DNA of 43,406 nt from a virus. Its lineage: Duplodnaviria; Caudoviricetes. The stretch spans positions 1 to 43,406 of IMG/VR virus record IMGVR_UViG_3300022177_000003; one strand, written 5' to 3'. Shown piece by piece: positions 1 to 8,334 of the stretch. Numbering within the stretch: the stretch's first letter is position 1; each line of letters begins with the position of its first letter. Under the pieces are notes generated by a model. It worked only from the letters and a program-made list of their open reading frames with translations, had not been told where the DNA came from and ran no database searches. Made by a program: the position numbers and the translations under genes.

Positions 1-316
<316 letters not shown>

Positions 317-317
317 G

Positions 318-857
318 TTACTTTTCCTCGGTGACGGAGACGGCAAGATAATTCAGGGTCGGATAGACCACGCTGTTAGACAAACCGAGTTCCGCGCGAA
401 GCATGGCGTGAAACTTCTCCGCCGGTATCCCACGACCAGTTGCTCGGTCTCGCTGCTCGGCCTGCAAGAGACGTATTTGCTCGGGCCCTGGGTTGGCTTC
501 CGAAACGAGTACGTCCCAGCCCGGCTTGAAGTACATGCCGAACCGCGCCACAGCCAAGGCCGAAGATCCCAAGGACGCGGGCACGTCCGCAGCGCACGTG
601 ATCCAAACCTCGGCCGCAGTGTATTTGTTTTCGCCCATCAGTACCCGCGCGGCCTTGACGACCGTGTGGGCCTTTTGCTCCGGGCTCGGGTTCAATTCAT
701 TCAAGGCTATGGTAAACGAGCCTCGATTTCCATCGAGACGCTCCGCGTGGACCACCTTGTAGGGCAGCGCGGCGGGGAATTCCTTCGCTTCGTCCCGCGA
801 ACAGCCCGCCAAAGCGAACAACGCCAGAGTCGCAACCAAGTACGCAGCGCGTTTCAT
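318..857 (-). CDS. Lipoprotein of unknown function
   Basis: MKRAAYLVATLALFALAGC signal peptide with lipobox; ATG overlaps the repressor stop (ATGA). Confidence 0.75.
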   Translation of the reverse strand: MKRAAYLVATLALFALAGCSRDEAKEFPAALPYKVVHAERLDGNRGSFTIALNELNPSPEQKAHTVVKAARVLMGENKYTAAEVWITCAADVPASLGSSALAVARFGMYFKPGWDVLVSEANPGPEQIRLLQAEQRDRATGRGIPAEKFHAMLRAELGLSNSVVYPTLNYLAVSVTEEK

Positions 858-1645
858 CCAGCTTCCCGGCACCACCAGACCACGCGGCCTATGATCCGGC
901 ATGACGCGCCCAGGTCGCCGCGCAGATCGATTTCCGCAGGCGGATAGCTGGGGTTGAAACTTTTCAGAACGATCTTTCCCGGCAGAACGTCGAGCTGCTT
1001 GACCACGATGGCGTCATCGATGCCCACGGCGTAGATGCCGCCGGGGATCACTTCGATCTGCGACTGGTCGATGAGCACGGTGTCGCCATTGCGGATTTCC
1101 GGCTCCATGCTGTCCCCGGTGATTGTCATGAGCACCATCTTGTCCGGGTACCCCTTGCTCCGCGCCCATTCCTCCCGGAATGCGTAGCGTCCGGCCACGT
1201 CGCCGTTGGTTTCCAGACTGCCCGTCCCGGCCGAGAGCCGTGCCTTGACCTTGGGAATGAGCAGGAAACTCTCAACCCCGGTCGTCTCGGCGGCGGGTGT
1301 TTCCCGCGCCTTCACATCATCCGCTGATGCCGGACGAGTGAGACGACCGGGACGTTGAGTCAAATCCACGGGTGTTGAGCGCACAACAGCGTCGAAACAC
1401 CGATCCACAGCGCCAGCCGTAAGCAACATGTCCAGACTGACCTCGTACTTCTGCGCCAAACGGTAAGCCCACTCCAAAGGAAACGAGCCGCGCTGCTTCG
1501 CGCCCGTGACGCTCGGCGTCTTGATTCCCAGCGCTTCGGCAAGCTCCGATTGCGACCGAAGCCCTGTGACGCGGCGGATGCGCTCCCACACCTCGTTGAA
1601 CGAGGGAAGCCCGGTTGCGGCTTTCTCTTCGGAAGAAGCAATCAA
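854..1645 (-). CDS. CI/LexA-type repressor (HTH plus S24 peptidase)
   Basis: N-terminal HTH (SQSELAEALGIKTPSVT), LSAGTG Ala-Gly site, GDSMEP serine, VVKQL lysine; divergent from the early operon. Confidence 0.92.
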   Translation of the reverse strand: MIASSEEKAATGLPSFNEVWERIRRVTGLRSQSELAEALGIKTPSVTGAKQRGSFPLEWAYRLAQKYEVSLDMLLTAGAVDRCFDAVVRSTPVDLTQRPGRLTRPASADDVKARETPAAETTGVESFLLIPKVKARLSAGTGSLETNGDVAGRYAFREEWARSKGYPDKMVLMTITGDSMEPEIRNGDTVLIDQSQIEVIPGGIYAVGIDDAIVVKQLDVLPGKIVLKSFNPSYPPAEIDLRGDLGASCRIIGRVVWWCREAG

Positions 1646-1649
1646 AGGT

Positions 1650-1790
1650 GCTACTCCTACTCTAATTTTATTTCGTATTAAATTAATTAGTTAGCTTAAT
1701 ATAAATAAATAATAACATGCAACTAAAAATTAGCTTGACACGAAAATAGTGTGAGCCTAATTCTAATTCCACGGGCCACAATTAAGCCCG
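1650..1790. promoter_or_regulatory. AT-rich divergent immunity/early promoter-operator region
   Basis: AT-rich gap between divergent genes; TTGACA at 1735-1740 with a weak -10 (TAATTC) 17 nt downstream on +. Confidence 0.6.
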
Positions 1791-1857
1791 CCTTACATGT
1801 GACTACCCGGAGCGGCCCGCGAGGTCAACGTCCGAGCGGGCGGACAGGTTGGACGGC

Positions 1858-2286
1858 ATGACGGATCGACAAGCGAATCTTCTCACTTACTGCGGTGCTC
1901 CGGTGAACGTGGATGCCGCCGTGAAGGCATCCATGAGCCGAGCCGCCCGGATCTGCCCTCTTTCCCGGGAACAGATTTGCGACGCCATGAACGAAATCGC
2001 CGAGAGCTCGGGCGCCCGCCTGGGCGGCGGCAACAGCCCCCGCCTGACCCTGCCGGTTCTGGAGAAATGGCTCAACCCGATGGACCGTGAACACCTCCCA
2101 TCACTCAAGGCCCTGGCCGCATTCTGCCGGGCTGTGGATTCGGCCGAACCGCTCCGGGCCATCGCCGCCCCACTCGGGCTGTCGGTCATCGACCGCCGCC
2201 AAGCCAAGCTTTTGGAGCGCGCCGAATTGGAAGCCCAGATCAAGGATCTGCAACGCAGGAAAAAAGCGATCGAGGCACAGCTATGA
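1858..2286 (+). CDS. Early phage regulatory protein, probably DNA-binding
   Basis: First ORF of the early operon; ATGA overlap with the next gene. Confidence 0.65.
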   Translation: MTDRQANLLTYCGAPVNVDAAVKASMSRAARICPLSREQICDAMNEIAESSGARLGGGNSPRLTLPVLEKWLNPMDREHLPSLKALAAFCRAVDSAEPLRAIAAPLGLSVIDRRQAKLLERAELEAQIKDLQRRKKAIEAQL

Positions 2287-2504
2287 ACCGCAGACCGCGC
2301 GAGATCCGCGCCTTTCTCGTACGCCGGGGCATCAAGATCGTGGAACTCGCCGCCGAAATCGGCATTCACTATTCCCTCGTGGTCCACACCATCCGGGGTG
2401 CCCGCAACAATCGCCGGGTGTTGTCCGCCCTGCGCGACCTGGGGTGTCCGGCCGAATACCTAGCCCTTCCCGACGACCTTCGTCGGCCCGGAAAGGCGGC
2501 CTGA
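2283..2504 (+). CDS. Ner/Cro-like HTH protein
   Basis: 73 aa with GIKIVELAAEIGIHYSLV HTH, directly before the transposase. Confidence 0.7.
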   Translation: MNRRPREIRAFLVRRGIKIVELAAEIGIHYSLVVHTIRGARNNRRVLSALRDLGCPAEYLALPDDLRRPGKAA

Positions 2505-2505
2505 C

Positions 2506-4653
2506 ATGGCCGAGGCCTACACGCTGCGCGAAATCGCCCGAGCCATGGGCGTAAGCCGTCAGGCGGCGAACAAACGCGCAGGCCGCGAGGCCTGGCCCCA
2601 CGTGAAGCGCCCGGGGCGAGGAGGCGGCAGGCTCTTTCCGGCGGCGACCCTGCCCGGCGACGTCCGCCTGGCCTTGGCGCGGGGCGAAACCGCACACGAG
2701 GCCGCCGCCCTTCGACTGCGCGAAGACATGAATTCCCGCGCAACGGAGACGGCCCGGCAATCCGGTCTCGCGGAGTTCGCCGCCCTGCCCGCTCCCCGGC
2801 GCGAACGTGCCGAGGCCCGCGCCCTGTTGGCCCGGCTCTGGCGCGAATTCACGGCCGCCTCGGGTTTGCCGCGCGGGCGGGCTGCGGAGGCGTTCGCTTC
2901 GGACTACAATTTCGGCCGCCTGGAAGTCCCTGCCTGGGTTCGCGAACACGTAACGTCAGTCTGCCCGGGCAGCCTGCGCAACTGGACCCGAGCCCTGGAA
3001 CGCGAAGGCTTGGCCCGCCTGGCCGGACGGTACGGCCTCCACCGGCGCGGCACGGGCGTTCTCGATTCCGATCCCGACCTTTCGGCCTTCTGCCTGGCCA
3101 TGCTCAAGGAATATCCGCACGCCCACGCCACGGGCCTGTTCGAAGCCTTGCGCGCCCGCTTTGGTGCGGAACGCCTGCCCAGCCTGCGGGCCGTGCAGCG
3201 CTGGCTCTCCGGCTGGCGCGGCCGCAATCCCCAACTCGCCCTGGCCCTGTCCAATCCCGACGCCTGGCGAAGTCGCTACCAGAGTGCGACGGGCACTACC
3301 TCCGCCGGGATCGTCCGACTGAACCAAGTCTGGGAACTGGATTCCACCCCGGGAGACATCCTCCTCTCCGACGGGACCCGGCATACGATCATCGGTTGCA
3401 TCGACGTCTACAGCCGCCGCCTCGTCCTGCACGTCTCCCGCACGAGTTCCTCGGCGGCCGTGGCCTCCTGCCTGCGGAGGGCGCTGTTGGCCTGGGGCGT
3501 GCCCGAGACCGCGCGCACGGACAATGGAACGGATTACGTGAGCCGTCACGTCCAGGGCCTCTTTCTTGGCCTGGGCATCCGGCAGCAAATCTGCACGCCG
3601 TTCACACCGGAGGAAAAGCCGCACATCGAACGAGCCTTCCGCACTTTTTCTCATGATCTGCTGGAATTCCTTTCCGGCTATGTCGGCCACAACGTGGCCG
3701 AACGAAAGGACATCGAAGCTCGACGTTCCTTCGCCCAGAGGATCATGAAACAAGGCCGGACGCTGGAATTGCGTCTGAGCCCCCGGGACCTTCAAAACTT
3801 CTGCGACCGCTGGTGCGCGGACGTATACGCCCGCCGCCCCCACTCCGGTCTGAACGGCCGCTCGCCCTGGCAGGCGGCCACCGAGTGGAGCGAGCCCTTG
3901 CGCCGCATCGAAGACGAGCGGGCCCTGGACGTGCTGCTCCTGCCTGCGCCCGGGGGCGACGGCCTGCGCCGCGTGGGCAAAAAAGGCCTTCGTATCGACG
4001 GCGGCCTCTACGACCATCCGGCCCTGGGCGGCCGCGAAGGTTCGGACGTGCTCGTCCGGCTCGATGAGGGCGACGTCGGCGCGGCCTACGTCTTCGACCT
4101 GGACGGCGTCTTCCTCTGCCGGGCCGTCTGCCCCGAAATCGCGGGCGTCTCCCGCCGGGAATTGGCCGTGGCCCGCAAGGCCCGCCAGCGGGCCGTTCTG
4201 GCCGAACAGAAACAGGCCCTGCGCGAGGCCGCCCGGCGCATGAAAACCGGCGACATCGCCGCCGAAATTCTTGCCGCCCGCTCGGCCGAGGCCGCCCGGC
4301 TCTCCTCTCTGCCACGTCCGGCCGAGGTTTACGAAACCCCGGCCCTGGTCCAGGCGGGACGCGCCGCCAGGGCCGAAGACACCCGTCCTCCCGCTCCGGT
4401 CGATGAAGGGGAGCAGCGGCGCTTGGAGGCCCTGGCCGAGGAGATACGCGCCCCACGCCCGGCGCCGGACATGCCGGAAACCCGCTTCGCCCGGGCCCTC
4501 CATCTGGAGAAACGCCAAGCCGCCGGAGAACACGTGCCCGAGGCCGAGGAACGTTGGCTCCGGGGATACCGGCTCACGGCGGAATACCGAGGCTTCCGCA
4601 CCGTCTACGACGATTTCGGAGATTCCATGCTGCCCTTCGCGGCGCAAGGATAG
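2506..4653 (+). CDS. MuA-like DDE transposase
   Basis: N-terminal Mu DNA-binding domain; WELDST, TDNG and KPHIERAF catalytic motifs; Mu-type C-terminal domain. Confidence 0.95.
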   Translation: MAEAYTLREIARAMGVSRQAANKRAGREAWPHVKRPGRGGGRLFPAATLPGDVRLALARGETAHEAAALRLREDMNSRATETARQSGLAEFAALPAPRRERAEARALLARLWREFTAASGLPRGRAAEAFASDYNFGRLEVPAWVREHVTSVCPGSLRNWTRALEREGLARLAGRYGLHRRGTGVLDSDPDLSAFCLAMLKEYPHAHATGLFEALRARFGAERLPSLRAVQRWLSGWRGRNPQLALALSNPDAWRSRYQSATGTTSAGIVRLNQVWELDSTPGDILLSDGTRHTIIGCIDVYSRRLVLHVSRTSSSAAVASCLRRALLAWGVPETARTDNGTDYVSRHVQGLFLGLGIRQQICTPFTPEEKPHIERAFRTFSHDLLEFLSGYVGHNVAERKDIEARRSFAQRIMKQGRTLELRLSPRDLQNFCDRWCADVYARRPHSGLNGRSPWQAATEWSEPLRRIEDERALDVLLLPAPGGDGLRRVGKKGLRIDGGLYDHPALGGREGSDVLVRLDEGDVGAAYVFDLDGVFLCRAVCPEIAGVSRRELAVARKARQRAVLAEQKQALREAARRMKTGDIAAEILAARSAEAARLSSLPRPAEVYETPALVQAGRAARAEDTRPPAPVDEGEQRRLEALAEEIRAPRPAPDMPETRFARALHLEKRQAAGEHVPEAEERWLRGYRLTAEYRGFRTVYDDFGDSMLPFAAQG

Positions 4654-4719
4654 GGCCCGGTCCGGCGCTCCCGAAGCGCGGGCCGCCAGTTGGACGATCG
4701 ACAAACCAGGAGGAAAAGC

Positions 4720-5460
4720 ATGTCAAGCGGCAATACTTCCGCGCCCGTGCCCGGAACCGTGGCCCCTCTGCGCAACGTGGCCCTGTTTTCGGGCCTGGTG
4801 GAGCGGGTCATGGGCCGTCCGGCCGGACTGCCCGGCATGGCCACGTTCCACGGCCCGTCCGGGCGCGGCAAAACCTTCGCGGCCATTTACGCCGCCAACC
4901 GGCACCGGGCGTACCACGTCCAGGTCAAGAGCGTCTGGACCCGCAAGTATCTGCTGGCCTCCATCCTCCGCGAGATGGGCATCCGACCCGCCGGAACCAT
5001 CCCGGACATGCTCGACCAGGCGGGTCGCCAGCTGACCCTCTCGGCCCGCCCCCTGATCATCGACGAGGCCGATCATCTCCTCGCCAAGAACATGATCGAA
5101 GTGGTCAGGGACATCTACGAGTCCAGCCAGGCGGCAATCATCCTCATCGGCGAGGAATATCTGCCCGAGAAGCTCTCGCGCTTCGAGCGGGTGCACGGCC
5201 GCATGCTCGACTGGCAGGCCGCCCAGCCAGCCGGAGAGGCCGACGCCCGCGTCCTGGCCGGACTCTACTGTCGGGGGGTGGAACTGGCCGACGACCTCCT
5301 GGCTCGGCTCCTGGAAGCCTCGGGCGGCTCGGCGCGGCGCATCTGCGTCAATCTGGACCGGGTGCGGGAGTTCGCCCAGGCTGGCGGCCTGGCCGCCATG
5401 GACCTGGCCGGATACCGGGGCGAGATCTACACGGGCACTCCCCCGCCGCGGAGGGTTTGA
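4720..5460 (+). CDS. MuB-like AAA+ transposition ATPase
   Basis: Walker A GPSGRGKT, Walker B LIIDEAD; AGGAGG RBS before ATG 4720. Confidence 0.92.
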   Translation: MSSGNTSAPVPGTVAPLRNVALFSGLVERVMGRPAGLPGMATFHGPSGRGKTFAAIYAANRHRAYHVQVKSVWTRKYLLASILREMGIRPAGTIPDMLDQAGRQLTLSARPLIIDEADHLLAKNMIEVVRDIYESSQAAIILIGEEYLPEKLSRFERVHGRMLDWQAAQPAGEADARVLAGLYCRGVELADDLLARLLEASGGSARRICVNLDRVREFAQAGGLAAMDLAGYRGEIYTGTPPPRRV

Positions 5461-5461
5461 A

Positions 5462-6061
5462 ATGTCCGGTCGCAAGTCCGTGGCGGTTCTCTCCGCGCAA
5501 GCGCGGGGACACGCCTACGGTCGTCAGGCGGTGTGGGAGGCCGTACGCGAACTGCGCAAATTCACTCTAGCCGAGGTCGCCGAGGCGTCGGGTGAAAACG
5601 AAGGAACCGTGCGGAGCTACGTGAAAAATCTGGTCGCCGGCGGCTATCTGAATCGTTCGGCCCCGAACGGCCCGTTCGTGGCGGTCCGCTATGAACTCGC
5701 CCGAGACGACGGCGTCGAGGCTCCCCGTCTGCGGCGTGACGGCGGGCCCGTACTCCAGGGTCTCGCCCGCGAGCAGATGTGGCGGACCATGAAGATGCTC
5801 CGCTCCTTCACGGCCCTGGACCTGGCCGTGGCCGCCTCCACCGAGTCGGTTCCCGTGGCCGAGGACGACGCCAAGAACTACGTTCGCCACCTTGCCCGCG
5901 CGGGCTATCTGGCTGAACTGCGGCCGGGTTCGCCGGGCCGTCCGGGGCTCCATCGACTGGCCGTCGACACCGGTCCCCGGCCGCCCATGGTCACCCGGGC
6001 CAAGGTGGTCTTCGACCCGAACCTGAACCGCCTCGTCTGGCACGAGGAGGTAGACGCATGA
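5462..6061 (+). CDS. Early phage protein with tandem winged-HTH-like regions
   Basis: Two similar FT(L/A)xE/DL...Y..L..AGYL segments; position after MuB. Confidence 0.7.
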   Translation: MSGRKSVAVLSAQARGHAYGRQAVWEAVRELRKFTLAEVAEASGENEGTVRSYVKNLVAGGYLNRSAPNGPFVAVRYELARDDGVEAPRLRRDGGPVLQGLAREQMWRTMKMLRSFTALDLAVAASTESVPVAEDDAKNYVRHLARAGYLAELRPGSPGRPGLHRLAVDTGPRPPMVTRAKVVFDPNLNRLVWHEEVDA

Positions 6062-6411
6062 CTGCCGTGGAGACCGCGCGCCGGGCCCGAAACGGGGATT
6101 TGCCCGACTGGGTTCGGGCTCTGGCCGAGGAGTGCGACCGCACGAGCCAGAGGGCGGCCGCCGCGCGCATCGGCTATTCGGCCGCCGCCGTGAACCAGGT
6201 CCTGGCGGGCAAGTACCGCGCACCCGAGACCCGCGTCGAGTTGGCCGTGCGTGCGGCCCTGCTTGCGGCCGAGGTGTGCTGCCCCGTGGCGGGCGTGATT
6301 CCCGCCGCTCGTTGTCTCGAAAACCAGCGCCTTCCCTGGGCCTCCACCAATCCCCAACGGGTGGCGCTTTACCGGGCCTGCCGCAACGGCTGCCCGCACA
6401 GCAGACTCTAG
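6058..6411 (+). CDS. Early HTH-containing phage protein
   Basis: SQRAAAARIGYSAAAVNQVL HTH; Cys-rich C-terminus; ATGA coupling. Confidence 0.7.
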   Translation: MTAVETARRARNGDLPDWVRALAEECDRTSQRAAAARIGYSAAAVNQVLAGKYRAPETRVELAVRAALLAAEVCCPVAGVIPAARCLENQRLPWASTNPQRVALYRACRNGCPHSRL

Positions 6412-6419
6412 GAGGAACC

Positions 6420-6602
6420 ATGCTCAAGGCGAAGATCGAGAACGTCGCGGCCCGGCTGGGCGAATTGGCCGGACGTGTGGATGAGGAAACGTGGGATGTG
6501 CTGCGCAACGCCCGCGCCGAGCTCAAGGATGCGGCCGAGCAGGCCGGAAACCTGGAAACCGTGTTCGCGCCCGCAGTCCCCGAGACCGCGACGCGCCAGT
6601 GA
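6420..6602 (+). CDS. Small hypothetical protein
   Basis: GGAGG RBS; MLKAKIENVAARLGEL..., 60 aa. Confidence 0.65.
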   Translation: MLKAKIENVAARLGELAGRVDEETWDVLRNARAELKDAAEQAGNLETVFAPAVPETATRQ

Positions 6603-6612
6603 AGGAGAAGGC

Positions 6613-7143
6613 ATGACCCAGAGAAGCAAGCCCAAGGCCGTGGTGATCGCCGAAGTCCGACAGGCCGAGGCCGCCCTGGCCGAGATCGCCGAGATCGAAC
6701 GCGTGGTGGAGAGTCACGAGGCGCATATGAACCAGGATTTGGACACGGCCCGCGCCCGGGCCAAGGCCCTCTGCGCGCCGCTGGCGGAACGCCGCCGCGA
6801 CCTGGAGCAGGCCCTGGCCGCCTTCGCCGAGTTGAACAAGGCGTCCCTGTTCTCCCGGCGCAAATCCCTGGACCTGGGATACGGCGTCATCGGCTACCGC
6901 CTGTCCACGGCGGTGCGCACGGCGGCCAGGACCACCTGGGAAATGGTCCTGGAGCAGTGCAAACGATTCGGCTTCACCGAGGCCGTACGCAACCGCGAGA
7001 CCGTGGACAAGGATGCGCTCCGGGCCTGGCCCGAGGAACGTCTGGCCACGGTGGGAGTCCGACGGGAGGTCAAGGACGAGTTCTACATCGAAATCAATCG
7101 GGAAGCCGTCAACGCTCTCGGCGGCAAGGAGGCGGCCGCCTGA
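6613..7143 (+). CDS. gam: Mu Gam-like host nuclease inhibitor (DNA end protection)
   Basis: Coiled-coil N-terminus, KSLDLGYGVIGYRLS, ETVDKDAL and DEFYIE motifs; position. Confidence 0.88.
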   Translation: MTQRSKPKAVVIAEVRQAEAALAEIAEIERVVESHEAHMNQDLDTARARAKALCAPLAERRRDLEQALAAFAELNKASLFSRRKSLDLGYGVIGYRLSTAVRTAARTTWEMVLEQCKRFGFTEAVRNRETVDKDALRAWPEERLATVGVRREVKDEFYIEINREAVNALGGKEAAA

Positions 7144-7207
7144 TGCGAAACCGGCCCCTTGCGGGCCGGTCGTCCGGGTGCGGCGGCCCGGACCTGACGA
7201 GCAGCCG
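7144..7207 (+). ncRNA. Type II hammerhead ribozyme
   Basis: GAAA 7147-7150, stem III CCGGCCC/GGGCCGG, GUC triplet 7169-7171, stem I GTCCGGG/CCCGGAC, CTGACGA 7194-7200, open stem II TGC/GCA. Confidence 0.9.
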
Positions 7208-7230
7208 AGACGCAGAACATGAACGGAGCA

Positions 7231-7255
7231 ACAAAAACCCCGGCCAAGGCCGGGG
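7231..7255 (-). terminator. Intrinsic terminator of the tRNA-like gene
   Basis: CCCCGGCC-TT-GGCCGGGG followed by TTTTTGT on the minus strand. Confidence 0.85.
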
Positions 7256-7262
7256 CATTGTT

Positions 7263-7336
7263 AGCACACGGAGGGATTCGAACCCTCACCTGCCGATTCG
7301 TTAGGTCGGCGCTCTATCCGCTTGAGCTACGTGCCG
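7263..7336 (-). tRNA. tRNA-like gene or pseudo-tRNA (anticodon position reads AAC; Arg-like D loop; no CCA)
   Basis: D arm GCTC-AAGCGGATA-GAGC, T arm GAGGG-TTCGAAT-CCCTC, canonical spacing. Top two acceptor pairs and C31-A39 are mismatched. Confidence 0.75.
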
Positions 7337-7351
7337 ATTAAACGGACTTAA

Positions 7352-7380
7352 AATATACTTTGCCAATTAGAAACTGTCAA
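7352..7380 (-). promoter_or_regulatory. Sigma70 promoter driving the tRNA-like gene
   Basis: TTGACA (7380-7375), 17 nt, TATATT (7357-7352). Confidence 0.85.
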
Positions 7381-7400
7381 ACATTTTGAGATCAAATAAC

Positions 7401-7886
7401 ATGGTTGATAGCCACGACCTCCTCCGCAAGGCTCTCCTGGCCAAGGTCCACATCGCCAAGGTCCGCCTGGGTCTGTCCGAGGACGAATACCGCAACCTCC
7501 TGGAGGATCGGTTCGACGTCGCCTCGGCCCGAGAGCTGTCCACGTCACGTCTGGAATCCCTGCTGGAACATTTCGGCAGACTCGGCTGGCGGCCCGAGCC
7601 CGGCTTGCGGCGAAGGAGCCGCACGACTCCGCACGCTCCGAAGAAACGGCCCGACGACCGTTCCGCGCTCTTGTCCAAGATCGAGGCCCTACTGGCCGAC
7701 AAGGGTGCCGGGCAGGCCCGTTACGTGCCCCGGAACTACGCCGCCGCGATCCTCAAGCGCATGTACGGCGTGGAGCGTCTGGAGTGGGCCCGTCCCGAAC
7801 ATCTGCGTGGCGTGATCGCGGCCCTGAGCCGGGACGGTCGCAGGAGGCGCGCTGCCGAATCCGAGGAGCCCAGGCGTGGAGTCTGA
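7401..7886 (+). CDS. Mu gp16/GemA-family protein
   Basis: LLAKVHIAKVRLGLSEDEYRNLL and SKIEALL...RMYGVERLEW motifs. Confidence 0.85.
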   Translation: MVDSHDLLRKALLAKVHIAKVRLGLSEDEYRNLLEDRFDVASARELSTSRLESLLEHFGRLGWRPEPGLRRRSRTTPHAPKKRPDDRSALLSKIEALLADKGAGQARYVPRNYAAAILKRMYGVERLEWARPEHLRGVIAALSRDGRRRRAAESEEPRRGV

Positions 7887-8280
7887 CGTCTTTCCCGGCA
7901 TCCTGGCCGACGTGGCCCGCGTGGCCGGCCCCCTGGCCGCAGTCCGCCTGGCACGGGCCAAGGGCGGAGGCAGGGCCTACATCCCCAGGCCTGAGAACCT
8001 CCACCCCGGCCACTGGCTTTCCGCACTTCTGGGCCAGGAACCGGCCCGGGCCGTGGCCGAGGTTCTGGGCGGCGGCGAAGTCGAGGTACCCCTCGGTCCG
8101 GCCGCGGGCAACCGTGCCCGGGTCTGGGCCTCCATCCGCCGAGGCCTGAAGCAGGGCCTCAGCGTGGAACAGGCCGCCCGTCAGGCCGGGGTCTCGGCAC
8201 GCACCGTGCGGCGGCACAAGAACGGCAGAACACCTGAGAAAAATGCATGGGGCAAACTCCCTGGCGTGGATTTTCCTTGA
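7876..8280 (+). CDS. Mor/C-like transcriptional activator
   Basis: G.LADVA..AG...A..LA...GG...YIP N-terminus plus C-terminal HTH; follows gemA. Confidence 0.75.
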   Translation: MESDVFPGILADVARVAGPLAAVRLARAKGGGRAYIPRPENLHPGHWLSALLGQEPARAVAEVLGGGEVEVPLGPAAGNRARVWASIRRGLKQGLSVEQAARQAGVSARTVRRHKNGRTPEKNAWGKLPGVDFP

Positions 8281-8334
8281 AAAAATGAGATGCTCAGGAT
8301 AACGGATCACAATCCTGCCTAGGGCGGTCCGATA

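Noticed and set aside
2956-4704. Long antisense ORFs here and opposite most structural genes (e.g. 24648-27116, 27756-29672, 38230-39936)
   Set aside because: Shadow frames expected from high-GC codon bias; no motifs or RBS.
7263-7336. tRNA-like gene as an att site, or as a suppressor of the UGA at 27709
   Set aside because: It is full length with its own promoter, has no duplicate in the window, and its anticodon loop cannot read UGA.
7219-7341. Short + strand ORF across the tRNA-like gene
   Set aside because: No clear RBS; the sequence is explained by the terminator and cloverleaf on the other strand.
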